From NCBI GenBank assembly GCA_041649295.1, contig JBAZNI010000001.1:11456-75455 (forward strand): DNA of 64,000 bases. Reading direction: 5' to 3'. The notes beneath the pieces are model-generated. The model saw only the letters and a list, made by a program, of their open reading frames with translations. It made no database searches and was not told where the DNA came from. Shown here piece after piece: positions 8,846-17,559 of this stretch. This DNA is from Candidatus Pacearchaeota archaeon (GTDB lineage: Archaea > Nanobdellota > Nanobdellia > Pacearchaeales > GW2011-AR1). A program made the translations under genes and the position numbers. Position 1 is the stretch's first letter. Every line of letters begins with the position of its first letter.

Positions 8846-9016
8846 ATGGCTAAAGATGGCGGAATAAGCATGCCCGGAGTGTTTGGCGGGTTAATGCGTT
8901 ATAATGAGGAGTATAAAAGCAAGTTTATGATTAAGCCTGCTCATGTAATTGCATTTATAGTTTTGATAGCACTAGTAGTTATAGGATTGAAGATGTTTTT
9001 CCCAATTGGAAGTTAA
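8846..9016 (+). CDS. preprotein translocase subunit Sec61beta (archaeal SecG)
   Basis: 56 aa from MAKDGGISMPGVFGGLMRYNEE...KPAHVIAFIVLIALVVIGL: a short tail-anchored protein with the GL-x-RY motif. The track ORF starts earlier, at 8819. Confidence 0.75.
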   Translation: MAKDGGISMPGVFGGLMRYNEEYKSKFMIKPAHVIAFIVLIALVVIGLKMFFPIGS

Positions 9017-9104
9017 TTATTTCTAGGTTTTTAATTTTCTATTAATAGAAATCAAAATTATATTTCTAACAAAAAAAGGAATTGTTTATTTGTAATGATT
9101 ATAG

Positions 9105-10568
9105 CTAAAGAATCACTTTAAATATCCACCATGCCATTAATATTACTAATCCCATGTATAAAATATAATTCATTAGTTTAACCATTTGTTTTGCCACTTT
9201 TTTTGATTTTGTAATTGATTCAATAGTTAGTTCAAAGAATCTTCCACCATCAAGCCCCCCAAGAGGAAGCATATTAAAAAGTGCAACCATTAAATTAATG
9301 GCAACTATCCACCATGCAAGGTAATAAGCATAACTTGAAACTCCTCTGAATCTCTCAGAATAATAAACCCCTCCCTTTACCTGAAGGTTTGCTGTCTGTG
9401 TAGAGGAAATGAAATGTGCAATATCCTCTATAAACCACGAAAAACTTCCGTAAGTCACTATCCCAAGATATGCACTTCCATTGTTATGAGGATTTTCTTC
9501 AAGAGTGATTTCATACATCTTTTCCATCCCACCGATTATTGTTTTAACTTCTATTTTTTCATTCGGAGAATATTTGGATAATTCACTGCTGAAATCCTCT
9601 TTGCTTTTTATTTTTACCCCATTTATCTCGCTTATAATTCCTGTTAGCCCTGCATTTATTGCAGGGGCATCTTCATATAATGTTATAAATTCGGCACTAT
9701 TGTTTTGTAAATCAATCATCTGCCTTGTTGCAATATACGTACTTTCGTGAGTTGTTATTACTATTGTTTTATTTTTTTCAATTTCTTTGATAGCATTTGT
9801 TAGGTTAGTATAATTAGGATTTTCAAGGCTTATATTATTTATCGAAGTTATATTTGAAATAGCAACAGGAGAGTATGCATAATCAGCAAAAATAATTCCT
9901 ATAGGCGAAAAAGCAAGGCTGAAAATGCATATTAAAATTACAAAAAAGAAAATTGAAGTTATAACATTTGCAAATGTCCCTGCAGATAGAATTGACATTT
10001 GCTGGAACTTGGGTTTTTCATTCATATCCTTGTCGTCCTGCTCAACAAATGCCCCAAGTATTGCAGGAAAGTATTTTAGAAAGGCAAACCCGGTTGATTT
10101 TATTCCAACACCCCATCTTTTTGCAAATATTCCGTGGGAAAATTCGTGGACTGTTGCTACAACTAAAATAGCTAGTATAAAATAAATTGCGCCAAAAGGG
10201 GGGAGAAAATCGCTTAATCCGAAAATTGTTGTGAAATAAGGTATTAATGGAGCAATAGGAGGGGCTTTAATAGCCTCTGTTATCTCTGGTTTTGCAATGT
10301 AAGAATAAACTGTGTTAATTAATAGGTACAAAATTCCTGCCATTAAGATGTATCCTAAGATTACTGAAACATAAGATAAAGCCTTTAAGGTTTTTTTGTA
10401 TTTTCCCCCGATGTAATCAATTGTTTTAATTCCCCAGCTTGTTTTGTACAAAAATAAAGCCCCTTCTGTTTTTAAGTTCTTTTTGTTTTTCCAGAGAAAA
10501 AATCCCAAGGCTAGTAAGAAGATAATCAATACTGAAAAATCAAATATGCTATATATGCTAAAATCCAT
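9105..10568 (-). CDS. site-2 protease family (M50) membrane metalloprotease with a PDZ-like insert
   Basis: HEFSHGIFAKRWG (HExxH) in a TM segment, a later NLMVALFNMLPLGGLDGG motif, and multiple TMs. The start is placed at MDFSIYS (10568) because 10569-10625 overlaps the eL40 gene. Confidence 0.8.
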   Translation of the reverse strand: MDFSIYSIFDFSVLIIFLLALGFFLWKNKKNLKTEGALFLYKTSWGIKTIDYIGGKYKKTLKALSYVSVILGYILMAGILYLLINTVYSYIAKPEITEAIKAPPIAPLIPYFTTIFGLSDFLPPFGAIYFILAILVVATVHEFSHGIFAKRWGVGIKSTGFAFLKYFPAILGAFVEQDDKDMNEKPKFQQMSILSAGTFANVITSIFFFVILICIFSLAFSPIGIIFADYAYSPVAISNITSINNISLENPNYTNLTNAIKEIEKNKTIVITTHESTYIATRQMIDLQNNSAEFITLYEDAPAINAGLTGIISEINGVKIKSKEDFSSELSKYSPNEKIEVKTIIGGMEKMYEITLEENPHNNGSAYLGIVTYGSFSWFIEDIAHFISSTQTANLQVKGGVYYSERFRGVSSYAYYLAWWIVAINLMVALFNMLPLGGLDGGRFFELTIESITKSKKVAKQMVKLMNYILYMGLVILMAWWIFKVIL

Positions 10569-10576
10569 TTTATTTG

Positions 10577-10738
10577 TTATTTTTTGCTTGGAGCCCTGAA
10601 TTTCTTTTTCTTGCACCTTCTGCATCGAATCTTGCCTTCAAGTATTTTTTTAGGGTCAACTTTTATTTTAGCCCCGCAACTCTTGCAGAGAAACAAATTC
10701 TTAAACAATCTTGCCTGTGCTACTGCTAACTTAGCCAT
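10577..10738 (-). CDS. rpl40e: 50S ribosomal protein eL40
   Basis: Not on the ORF track (53 aa). Translation: MAKLAVAQARLFKNLFLCKSCGAKIKVDPKKILEGKIRCRRCKKKKFRAPSKK, a C4 zinc ribbon with the typical A..RLF...C..C leader. Confidence 0.8.
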   Translation of the reverse strand: MAKLAVAQARLFKNLFLCKSCGAKIKVDPKKILEGKIRCRRCKKKKFRAPSKK

Positions 10739-10749
10739 TTTAATTATTT

Positions 10750-11130
10750 TTAAATTTTCCTTTTAATTATTTTCCTTCCATCAATGTCCCAGTATTCAAC
10801 CTGATCACCTTCTTTAACTTCAATGCCTTCATCTAGTGGAATATCAAAATTTTCAAATGTTTCCAAATCCATTACATTTGCAGTTTCACTAATAGATAAA
10901 ACCTGCGCTTTTTTCTTGTCAATCATCGGAACTTCAAATCTTTCATGCCCCGGGCGCACTATAACTCTTTTTTTTCCGTCAAAAATTCCACTGGCTTCAA
11001 TTCTTGCTTTAGCATGCCCGTGCTTTCCTGTTTTTGAAATATCTATAGACCTGACAGTGCACGGCTCCCCATCAATTATAATTGTTGTTCCAACTTTTGC
11101 TTCTGTTGCATTAATAAGCTTGTAAGCCAT
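10750..11130 (-). CDS. eif5a: translation initiation factor 5A (aIF5A)
   Basis: 126 aa; the hypusination loop SKTGKHGHAKARIE is present. Confidence 0.92.
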   Translation of the reverse strand: MAYKLINATEAKVGTTIIIDGEPCTVRSIDISKTGKHGHAKARIEASGIFDGKKRVIVRPGHERFEVPMIDKKKAQVLSISETANVMDLETFENFDIPLDEGIEVKEGDQVEYWDIDGRKIIKRKI

Positions 11131-11138
11131 ATCTAAAA

Positions 11139-11849
11139 ATGAAAAAATACATTTATAAACGTTGCCTTTTATCTCTTTCTATGTCATTGACTAAAAAAAA
11201 TGATTTTATTGAAATAGAATTTATCGGCAGAGTTAAAGATGGGGAAGTTTTTGACACTAATGTTCCTAGCGAAGCAAAAAAAATTGGCATAAAACTTGAT
11301 GAGTATCCATTAGTAGTTTGCATAGGAAAAGGAATGGTGATTGAAGGGCTTGATTCTGATTTATCTGGAAAGGAAATAAGTAAAGAATATCAAATTGAAA
11401 TACCTTATGAAAAAGCATTTGGACCAAGAATAAGGGAATTAGTCAGATTAATCCCAAAAAATTTATTTCTTGAACAAAAAGTTAATCCTAAGCCGGGAAT
11501 GACTTTGGCTTTGGACAATAATTTGGTTAAGATTGTCTCAGTTTCAGGAGGGAGAGTTTTATGTGACTTTAACAGTCCGTTAGCAGGAAAAGCAATTATT
11601 TATAATTTTAAAATCAAAAAGGTTGTAGATGACAATAAAGAAAAAGTAAATTCTCTTCTTGATTTTTTCTTGAGAAAAAGGCTTAAATTTGAAATAAATG
11701 AAAATAAGGTAATTTTTGACGAATCAGCTGCATATAAAAGTCTGATTGATATGCTTAATGAAAAATTTAAAGATGTTCTATGCATGGAAATGGTTTTAAA
11801 GGAAGAAGCAGGGGAAAAAGATGGGAAAAACCCACAGGGCAAGATTTAA
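11139..11849 (+). CDS. FKBP-type peptidyl-prolyl cis-trans isomerase (SlyD-like, with an insert domain)
   Basis: DFIEIEFIGRVKDGEVFDTN...GKGMVIEGLD...LAGKAIIYNFKI is the pattern of archaeal short or long FKBPs. The probable start is MSLTKK at 11178. Confidence 0.7.
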   Translation: MKKYIYKRCLLSLSMSLTKKNDFIEIEFIGRVKDGEVFDTNVPSEAKKIGIKLDEYPLVVCIGKGMVIEGLDSDLSGKEISKEYQIEIPYEKAFGPRIRELVRLIPKNLFLEQKVNPKPGMTLALDNNLVKIVSVSGGRVLCDFNSPLAGKAIIYNFKIKKVVDDNKEKVNSLLDFFLRKRLKFEINENKVIFDESAAYKSLIDMLNEKFKDVLCMEMVLKEEAGEKDGKNPQGKI

Positions 11850-11873
11850 CCCCCAATTCCTACCACAACAAAT

Positions 11874-11881
11874 CTTATAAA
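11874..11881 (+). promoter_or_regulatory. TATA-box-like element for ftsZ
   Basis: cttataaa lies 22 nt upstream of the ftsZ ATG. The same TTTATAAA-like box at the same spacing recurs before many genes in this window. Confidence 0.45.
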
Positions 11882-11902
11882 TGAACTAAATTTAATTTAA
11901 TT

Positions 11903-13060
11903 ATGGGTGAGTTTTATGAAAAAAGAGGCGTGAATTCTGATTCAGAAGATTATAATCCTAAAACAAGTTCTGCAACTCGTGTTGAAAGAGAATTAGCCCC
12001 CGAAGTTATGGATATTGACAGAGAACTGGAAGAATTAATTAAAAAACAAAGTGCTAAAATAAAAGTAGTTGGCTGCGGAGGTGCAGGAAATAACACTCTT
12101 ACGAGAATACACGAAATTGGAATAAAAGGCGGAGAGATGATTGCAGTTAATACAGATGCTCAGGATTTATTATATGCGAGTGCAGATAAAAAAATTCTAA
12201 TTGGAAGAGAGTTAACAAAAGGGCTTGGCGCAGGAAGCAACCCAAGAATAGGAGAAGAAGCTGCTAAAGAAACAGAACATGAAATTAAGAAAAAATTAGA
12301 AGGCAGTGATATGGTTTTTATTACATGCGGACTGGGTGGGGGAACTGGAACAGGAGCAGCTCCTGTTGTTGCAGACATAGCAAAAAAATTAGGGGCGCTG
12401 GTAATTGGGGTTGTTACAATGCCATTTACTGTTGAAGGTGAAAAAAGAATTGAAAATGCCAATGAAGGGCTGGAAAAACTAGAGAGCATTGTAGACACGC
12501 TAATTGTGATTCCAAATGATAAACTCCTTGAATTAGTCCCTGATTTGCCTTTGCAGACAGCATTTAAAGTTGCAGATGAAGTTTTAACAAATGCAGTTAA
12601 AGGTACAGCAGAACTTGTTACAAAGGCAGGATTAGTGAACCTTGACTTTGCAGATGTAAAAACAATTATGTCAAATGGGGGCGTTTCTTTAATCGGGGTT
12701 GGAGAAAGTGATTCAGCAAATAGAGCAGTAGAAGCTGTTGAAAAAGCACTCAATAACCCATTATTAGATGTGGATATTTCAAACGCAACAGGTGCTCTTG
12801 TAAATGTTATCGGAGGCCCGGATTTAAGCCTTGATGAATCAAGAATTGTTATTGATGAAATTGGAAAATCATTGAGTGATAATGCAAGATTAATCTGGGG
12901 GGCTCAAATATCTCCAGATATGGAAAAAACACTAAAGGTTATGGTTATTATAACTGGGGTAAAAAGCCCGCAGATATCCGGGCATTCAAGGGTTATCTCA
13001 ACAGAAGAAAGGCTTAAAGGCGAGCTTTCAAACGAGCTGGGAATTGATTTTGTAAAATAA
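11903..13060 (+). CDS. ftsZ: cell division protein FtsZ
   Basis: 385 aa; [19 protein letters not shown] and [15 protein letters not shown] tubulin/FtsZ signatures. Confidence 0.95.
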   Translation: MGEFYEKRGVNSDSEDYNPKTSSATRVERELAPEVMDIDRELEELIKKQSAKIKVVGCGGAGNNTLTRIHEIGIKGGEMIAVNTDAQDLLYASADKKILIGRELTKGLGAGSNPRIGEEAAKETEHEIKKKLEGSDMVFITCGLGGGTGTGAAPVVADIAKKLGALVIGVVTMPFTVEGEKRIENANEGLEKLESIVDTLIVIPNDKLLELVPDLPLQTAFKVADEVLTNAVKGTAELVTKAGLVNLDFADVKTIMSNGGVSLIGVGESDSANRAVEAVEKALNNPLLDVDISNATGALVNVIGGPDLSLDESRIVIDEIGKSLSDNARLIWGAQISPDMEKTLKVMVIITGVKSPQISGHSRVISTEERLKGELSNELGIDFVK

Positions 13061-13219
13061 AAAATCGCATAAAAATCCGTTAATTTTTTAAACTATGTTT
13101 TTGTATAAAAATTATGAATAGATTAATGTTAGATTGTCTGGCAATCCCAAAAAAATAATCTTAATTTGAATTCTATTTATTAAACTTCTTATCAATACTA
13201 AAATTATATTTTAATTCAG

Positions 13220-14194
13220 ATGAAAATTAATAAAAAAAATAAAATTGCAAGAGAAAATCTGCTTAGAAAGAGCAAAGAAGCTCAAGGACAGGATATTAAA
13301 GGCTATGATTTTAACCTTGGAGCAGATTATTCAAAAATTTTGGACAGCTATATGACTACAGGAGCACAGGCAACTAATCTGGCAAAGGCAATTGAAATAA
13401 TTAAAAAAATGAAAAAAGAAAATGCATTTATTTATTTTGGATATACCTCTAATATGGTTACAACAGGCATAAGAGAAGCAATAAGATATCTTGCTGAACA
13501 TAAGCTGATTGATTATCTTGTTACAACTGCCGGGGGAATTGAAGAAGATTTTATCAAGTGCCTTGGCACATTTAAACTTGGAGAGTTTAACTTAGATGGA
13601 AAAAAATTAAGAGATGCTGGAATAAACCGGGCAGGAAATATCCTTATTCCAAATTTAAGATATTGCGATTTTGAAGATTTTGTTATGCCCATATTGGATA
13701 AATATAAAGACAAAATAAAAACTCCTTCAGATTTAATAAGAATTTTTGGGAAAGAAATCAATAATAAAGAAAGCATTTATTACTGGTGTTATAAAAATGG
13801 TATTCCTGTTCACTGCCCTGCAATTATGGACGGAAGTTTAGGGGATATGATTTACTTTTATAAACATAAAAACGAAAATTTCAAATTAGATATTGTTGAA
13901 GATACAAAAAATTTGAACGACAGCACAATTGGAAAAAAGAAAACAGGGGTAATTATCTTGGGCGGGGGCGTTGTTAAGCATTCTATATGCAATGCCAATA
14001 TGTACAGAAATGGAGCAGATTATGCAGTTTATATAAATACTGCACAGGAATTTGATGGAGGAGATTCCGGGGCAATGCCCGACGAAGCTGTTTCATGGGG
14101 GAAAATATCAAAAACTGCTGAAAGTGTCAAGGTTTTTTCAGACGCAACTCTTGTCTTTCCATTAATTGTTGCAAAAGCATTTTTAGAAGATTAG
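13220..14194 (+). CDS. dys: deoxyhypusine synthase
   Basis: 324 aa; [11 protein letters not shown]...[15 protein letters not shown] and [13 protein letters not shown] motifs. It is functionally linked to the nearby aIF5A. Confidence 0.9.
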   Translation: MKINKKNKIARENLLRKSKEAQGQDIKGYDFNLGADYSKILDSYMTTGAQATNLAKAIEIIKKMKKENAFIYFGYTSNMVTTGIREAIRYLAEHKLIDYLVTTAGGIEEDFIKCLGTFKLGEFNLDGKKLRDAGINRAGNILIPNLRYCDFEDFVMPILDKYKDKIKTPSDLIRIFGKEINNKESIYYWCYKNGIPVHCPAIMDGSLGDMIYFYKHKNENFKLDIVEDTKNLNDSTIGKKKTGVIILGGGVVKHSICNANMYRNGADYAVYINTAQEFDGGDSGAMPDEAVSWGKISKTAESVKVFSDATLVFPLIVAKAFLED

Positions 14195-14475
14195 ATGGTT
14201 TCTCTTAATGCATCACGAAGATAAGCAATTATTTCTAACCAGAATAATTTTTCTTCAGTATCATCAATATCTCCAAATGTTCTATTTGGACAATTGTCTC
14301 TATATATAGAATGTGCTCTTTTAGCATACGCAATATACCTGCTTATAGCACAATGACCCGCGCCTCTTGGGTGTTGCATCAGTTTTGCACCGCATTCTAC
14401 ACCTAAATCAGTTAAACGTCTTTCTTTAAATTCTTCTGTTAATTCTCTTATCCTTTCATCAGATAATTTTTTCAT
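14191..14475 (-). CDS. hypothetical protein (94 aa, 3 Cys), last gene of the isc-like operon
   Basis: ORF immediately downstream of iscU on the same strand. I recognise no family. Confidence 0.45.
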   Translation of the reverse strand: MKKLSDERIRELTEEFKERRLTDLGVECGAKLMQHPRGAGHCAISRYIAYAKRAHSIYRDNCPNRTFGDIDDTEEKLFWLEIIAYLRDALRETI

Positions 14476-14505
14476 TAAGAATTCTCTGAATAGAGATATA
14501 AAAAC

Positions 14506-14880
14506 CTATCTTTTCTTCTCGTAATCTTTAATTGCATTTCTTAATGCCTGAGTTCCGAGAACAGAGCAGTGAATTTTTATATTTGGAACTTCTCCGCCCA
14601 TTTTTTTAATTATTTCATCATAACTTATTTTCTTTGCTTCTTCAAGGGTTTTTCCTTTTGCCAATTCACACATTGCATCACTTGCAGCAATTGCCGCGAC
14701 ACATCCGTATGTTTTGAACTTAATGTCAATTATTTTCTTGGTTTTTTTATCCACTTTTAAGAAAATTCTCATTACGTCACCGCATTTCATATTTCCCTCT
14801 TGTCCAACTGCATCGGGATTTTTAATTTCTCCTGCAAATTTTGGGTTTTGAAATCTCCTAATAATTTTTTGCGAATACAT
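14506..14880 (-). CDS. iscU: Fe-S cluster assembly scaffold IscU/NifU-like
   Basis: 124 aa; GNMKCGDVM, YGCVAAIAASD and KIHCSVLG give the three conserved Cys of IscU. Confidence 0.9.
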   Translation of the reverse strand: MYSQKIIRRFQNPKFAGEIKNPDAVGQEGNMKCGDVMRIFLKVDKKTKKIIDIKFKTYGCVAAIAASDAMCELAKGKTLEEAKKISYDEIIKKMGGEVPNIKIHCSVLGTQALRNAIKDYEKKR

Positions 14881-14889
14881 TTTAGGATG

Positions 14890-14976
14890 TTAACAATTAC
14901 AGCATTTGCATTTTGGTTTGCATTTGCACGGGTTGCATCCACAGCAACTGCATACTTTTTTCTTTTTAGCTTTCAT
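14890..14976 (-). CDS. 28-aa cysteine-rich micro-protein (MKAKKKKVCSCCGCNPCKCKPKCKCCNC)
   Basis: Not on the ORF track. The ATG at 14976 is preceded by AGGAGG (14983-14988, minus strand) with a 6-nt spacer. The ORF exactly fills the iscS-iscU gap. 10 of 28 residues are Cys. Confidence 0.5.
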   Translation of the reverse strand: MKAKKKKVCSCCGCNPCKCKPKCKCCNC

Positions 14977-14995
14977 ATTTTTCCTCCTGTTTTAT

Positions 14996-16147
14996 TTAAA
15001 ATGGCGAGATTAATTTTAGTTTTTTGATAATTCCTGGCAAAACATCTAATACATAGTTAATTTCTTCTTCTGTTGTAAATCTGCTTAAAGTCAATCTTAA
15101 ACTTCCATTTGCTTCTTCATCTGTTAAACCAATTGCCTTTAGTACATAACTTGGTTCTAGTGATGCTTCACTGCATGCGCTTCCTGTTGAACTTGCAATT
15201 CCCTTTTGGTCTAAATAACCTCCTATTGCCTCACCTTCTACCCCTTTAAAAGAGAAGTTTGCATTATTGCAAAGCCGGTTATTGCCAGTTGCACCATTTA
15301 ATTTTGAATTTGGAATTTGCAATACTTCTGAAATGAGTTTATCTCTTAACTTATTCATATGTTCAGTATATTTTTTATTGCCTGCTAATTTGACAGCTTC
15401 TGCAAATCCAACAATTCCCGCAACATTTTCTGTTCCAGAACGCATGTCATTTTCCTGCCCTCCCCCATGTTGCATAGGGATTATTTTTACACCTTTTTTT
15501 ATGTATAATGCCCCAACTCCTTTTGGTCCGTGAATCTTATGAGCGTTTAATGTTACTAAATCTAAATTTTGTTTTTTTACATCTAACCTTGTTTTTGTAT
15601 AGCTTTGACAGGCATCTGTATGAAAATAAACATTATTCTTCTTACAAATTTCTCCTATTTTTTCCAAATCCTGAACAGTCCCTATTTCATTATTTCCATG
15701 AATGACAGATACTAAAATAGTTTCTTTTTTAATTTCTTTTTTTAATTCATCCAAATCAACAAAACCTTCTTTGTCAACATTAAGGTATGTTACCCTAAAT
15801 CCCTGGGTTTCAAGCCATTTACAGCTGTTTAAAACACATTTATGCTCTATTTTTGTTGTTATAATGTGGTTTCCTCTATTTTTATTTGCAAACGCAACTC
15901 CTTTTATTGTCCAATTGTTTGACTCTGTTCCGCCAGATGTAAAGAATATTTCTTCAGAATCTGCATTTATCGAATTTGCAATCACTTTTCTTGCATTTTC
16001 CAAAGCATTTTTTGCATCTCTCCCAAATGAATGAGTTGAGGAAGCATTTCCAAATTCTTTATTAAAATATTTGCTCATAGCTTCAGCTGCTTTTTCATCA
16101 ACCATTGTTGTTGCACCATTATCCAGATATATTTTTTTAAACCACAT
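14996..16147 (-). CDS. iscS: cysteine desulfurase (IscS/NifS family, PLP-dependent)
   Basis: 383 aa; SGGTESNN, the HKIHGPKGVGALY PLP-Lys region and the SSGSACSE active-site Cys loop. Confidence 0.92.
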   Translation of the reverse strand: MWFKKIYLDNGATTMVDEKAAEAMSKYFNKEFGNASSTHSFGRDAKNALENARKVIANSINADSEEIFFTSGGTESNNWTIKGVAFANKNRGNHIITTKIEHKCVLNSCKWLETQGFRVTYLNVDKEGFVDLDELKKEIKKETILVSVIHGNNEIGTVQDLEKIGEICKKNNVYFHTDACQSYTKTRLDVKKQNLDLVTLNAHKIHGPKGVGALYIKKGVKIIPMQHGGGQENDMRSGTENVAGIVGFAEAVKLAGNKKYTEHMNKLRDKLISEVLQIPNSKLNGATGNNRLCNNANFSFKGVEGEAIGGYLDQKGIASSTGSACSEASLEPSYVLKAIGLTDEEANGSLRLTLSRFTTEEEINYVLDVLPGIIKKLKLISPF

Positions 16148-16148
16148 T

Positions 16149-16466
16149 TTAGCATTTGCATAACGAGCATTTTTTAGGGCATGTTTTCGGGCAGTTTTTC
16201 ATAACATGTTTTTCAACTATTTTTAGTAAAGGTATTGCAGTTTCTTTATTCAGCGAATATATTCTTTCCTTTCCTTTCTTCTTAACATCAACTATCTGGC
16301 ATTCTGCAAGTTTTATCAAATTGTGTGAAACTTTGCTTTGCTCTTCTCCAACAGCATTTACAATCTCACTTACATTCATTGGTTTTTCTTTTAAAATTAA
16401 AATTATACTTAGCTTTGTTTTATTTGAAAAATTCATAAAAAAGTTTTCATAAGATGAATTAGACAT
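16149..16466 (-). CDS. ArsR/SmtB-family winged-helix regulator with a Cys-rich C-terminal tail
   Basis: 105 aa; LSIILILKEKPMNVSEIVNAVGEEQSKVSHNLIKL is the HTH pattern. The tail NCPKTCPKKCSLCKC has 5 Cys in 15 aa. It is the first gene of the isc-like operon. Confidence 0.8.
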   Translation of the reverse strand: MSNSSYENFFMNFSNKTKLSIILILKEKPMNVSEIVNAVGEEQSKVSHNLIKLAECQIVDVKKKGKERIYSLNKETAIPLLKIVEKHVMKNCPKTCPKKCSLCKC

Positions 16467-16485
16467 ATGAATTATAATTCATATG
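16464..16485. promoter_or_regulatory. perfect 22-bp palindrome (catatgaattataattcatatg), candidate ArsR-family operator
   Basis: Verified by hand as a perfect inverted repeat. It has the TGAA-N6-TTCA core typical of ArsR/SmtB operators. It lies between the TTTATAAA box (16489-16496) and the start codon of the regulator gene, which it overlaps. Confidence 0.55.
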
Positions 16486-16558
16486 TGTTTATAAATGTTT
16501 TGGCCGGGTTTCATAAGCTTTAACTTGTTACTATTTATAAGTTAATACCGATAGAAAT

Positions 16559-16567
16559 GTTTATAAA
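16559..16567 (+). promoter_or_regulatory. TATA-box-like element for the DGR target gene
   Basis: tttataaat lies 22 nt upstream of the ATG at 16590, which argues that the track start at 16557 is too early. Confidence 0.45.
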
Positions 16568-16589
16568 TATATATTTTCTAGAAAAAGTT

Positions 16590-17396
16590 ATGGTAAAATT
16601 AATTCCAAGAGAAATAAAAGAAGCAAATTGGCCAGAAGCAAGAGAATTAAATAATGAAGAACAGCAAAATTATGGGTCTGCTGTTGCTGGATTTACTTCA
16701 AAAACAGCAAGAGATATTTTAGGAAAGGAATCAACATTATTTAGAATTTTATTATTAAACAAAATTGGAATAAGAACCGGAACAATTCCCGAATTAGATT
16801 TGCTTTGGCATAATACTCCAAATTTTATAAAAGGGCATTATTGTGACTCAAGAGAAGTTGTTTTAAGAAGTGCAGAAGATCCTTATAAACCTAATGTCCA
16901 AATTGCAAAAGACTTGGCTAAATTAGCTGAAGTGCATACACTAACAACTCCCTTGATATTAAAAGGTTTGATTCCTGTTGAAACAGATGATGAAAACTAT
17001 GCTCAATATTGCATGAGACTTGATAGAGGAGATAATTTTGAGGTTATTCCCGCTCCCGACTTTTCATTTAAAAATGATCGAAGAAAATTAAAAGCAATTA
17101 ATCCAGACTATACTATTGAGTGGTGTGAAGCTGAAGAAGAAGGAACAAGAACATTTTATGCAAAGAATGGTGGAGTTTCGTGGGTGTGCCTGCGTGACTC
17201 CAATGTCGACTCCGATTGGAGCGATTTTGATGACTCTAGTAGCAGCGGCAGGGTGGTTGTTGTCGACGCCGAAGGCGTCGTGCCGAAAAATTTAAGCAAT
17301 TACATGAATAGGTTAAAAGAACAAAAAGCAGCCCAAATTGCAGAAATTGAAGCAAGATATCAAAAGGCATGTAATTTAATGTATGGAAAAAAATAA
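16590..17396 (+). CDS. DGR variable (target) protein, no signal peptide, VR near the C-terminus
   Basis: VR encodes GVSWVCLRDSNVDSDWSDFDDSSSSGRVV, whereas TR in the same frame reads IVSRANLNDSNVNSNWSDFDNSNSNGRMA (AAY Asn codons). The GG.SW....R....GxRVV pattern resembles C-type-lectin/FGE-like DGR scaffolds. A 46-aa helical-looking tail follows the VR. Confidence 0.8.
   Translation: MVKLIPREIKEANWPEARELNNEEQQNYGSAVAGFTSKTARDILGKESTLFRILLLNKIGIRTGTIPELDLLWHNTPNFIKGHYCDSREVVLRSAEDPYKPNVQIAKDLAKLAEVHTLTTPLILKGLIPVETDDENYAQYCMRLDRGDNFEVIPAPDFSFKNDRRKLKAINPDYTIEWCEAEEEGTRTFYAKNGGVSWVCLRDSNVDSDWSDFDDSSSSGRVVVVDAEGVVPKNLSNYMNRLKEQKAAQIAEIEARYQKACNLMYGKK
17174..17256 (+). repeat. DGR variable repeat (VR)
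   Basis: Ungapped 83-nt hand alignment to 17560-17642 gives 14 mismatches. In 12 of them TR has A and VR has another base; in none does VR have A against a non-A in TR. Confidence 0.8.
17264..17280 (+). promoter_or_regulatory. GC-rich hairpin cgacgcc-GAA-ggcgtcg just 3' of VR (candidate DGR target-recognition hairpin)
   Basis: Perfect 7-bp stem with a GAA loop, starting 8 nt after the VR/TR homology ends. No equivalent follows TR. Confidence 0.5.
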
Positions 17397-17559
17397 AAAG
17401 GTAACTTTAATCCTAAGATTCCTAGCCAATTATGGTTAGGCCACAAGCCATTTAATAGTGCTTTTTAAAAGCCATGAAATTCAACCGCAACAATTAGTAG
17501 TTATGATATGAATGCGAAACTTGAAGTGGTGGTGATTTACTTTTAATTAATTGGCTAAT

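Noticed and set aside
10569-10625. N-terminal 19 codons of the M50 protease ORF
   Set aside because: This stretch overlaps the 3' end of the well-supported eL40 gene in another frame. The Met at 10568 gives a normal N-terminus.
12160-12753. 197-aa ORF antisense to ftsZ (similarly 4432-4995 antisense to deoA, 15267-16034 antisense to iscS, 21969-22457, 33141-35186, and the 48514-52103 fragments)
   Set aside because: All lie inside strongly supported genes on the opposite strand, and none has a recognisable motif.
14800-15027. 75-aa plus-strand ORF across the iscS-iscU spacer
   Set aside because: It is antisense to the operon. The operon-strand micro-ORF has a Shine-Dalgarno sequence and exact spacing, and this ORF has neither.
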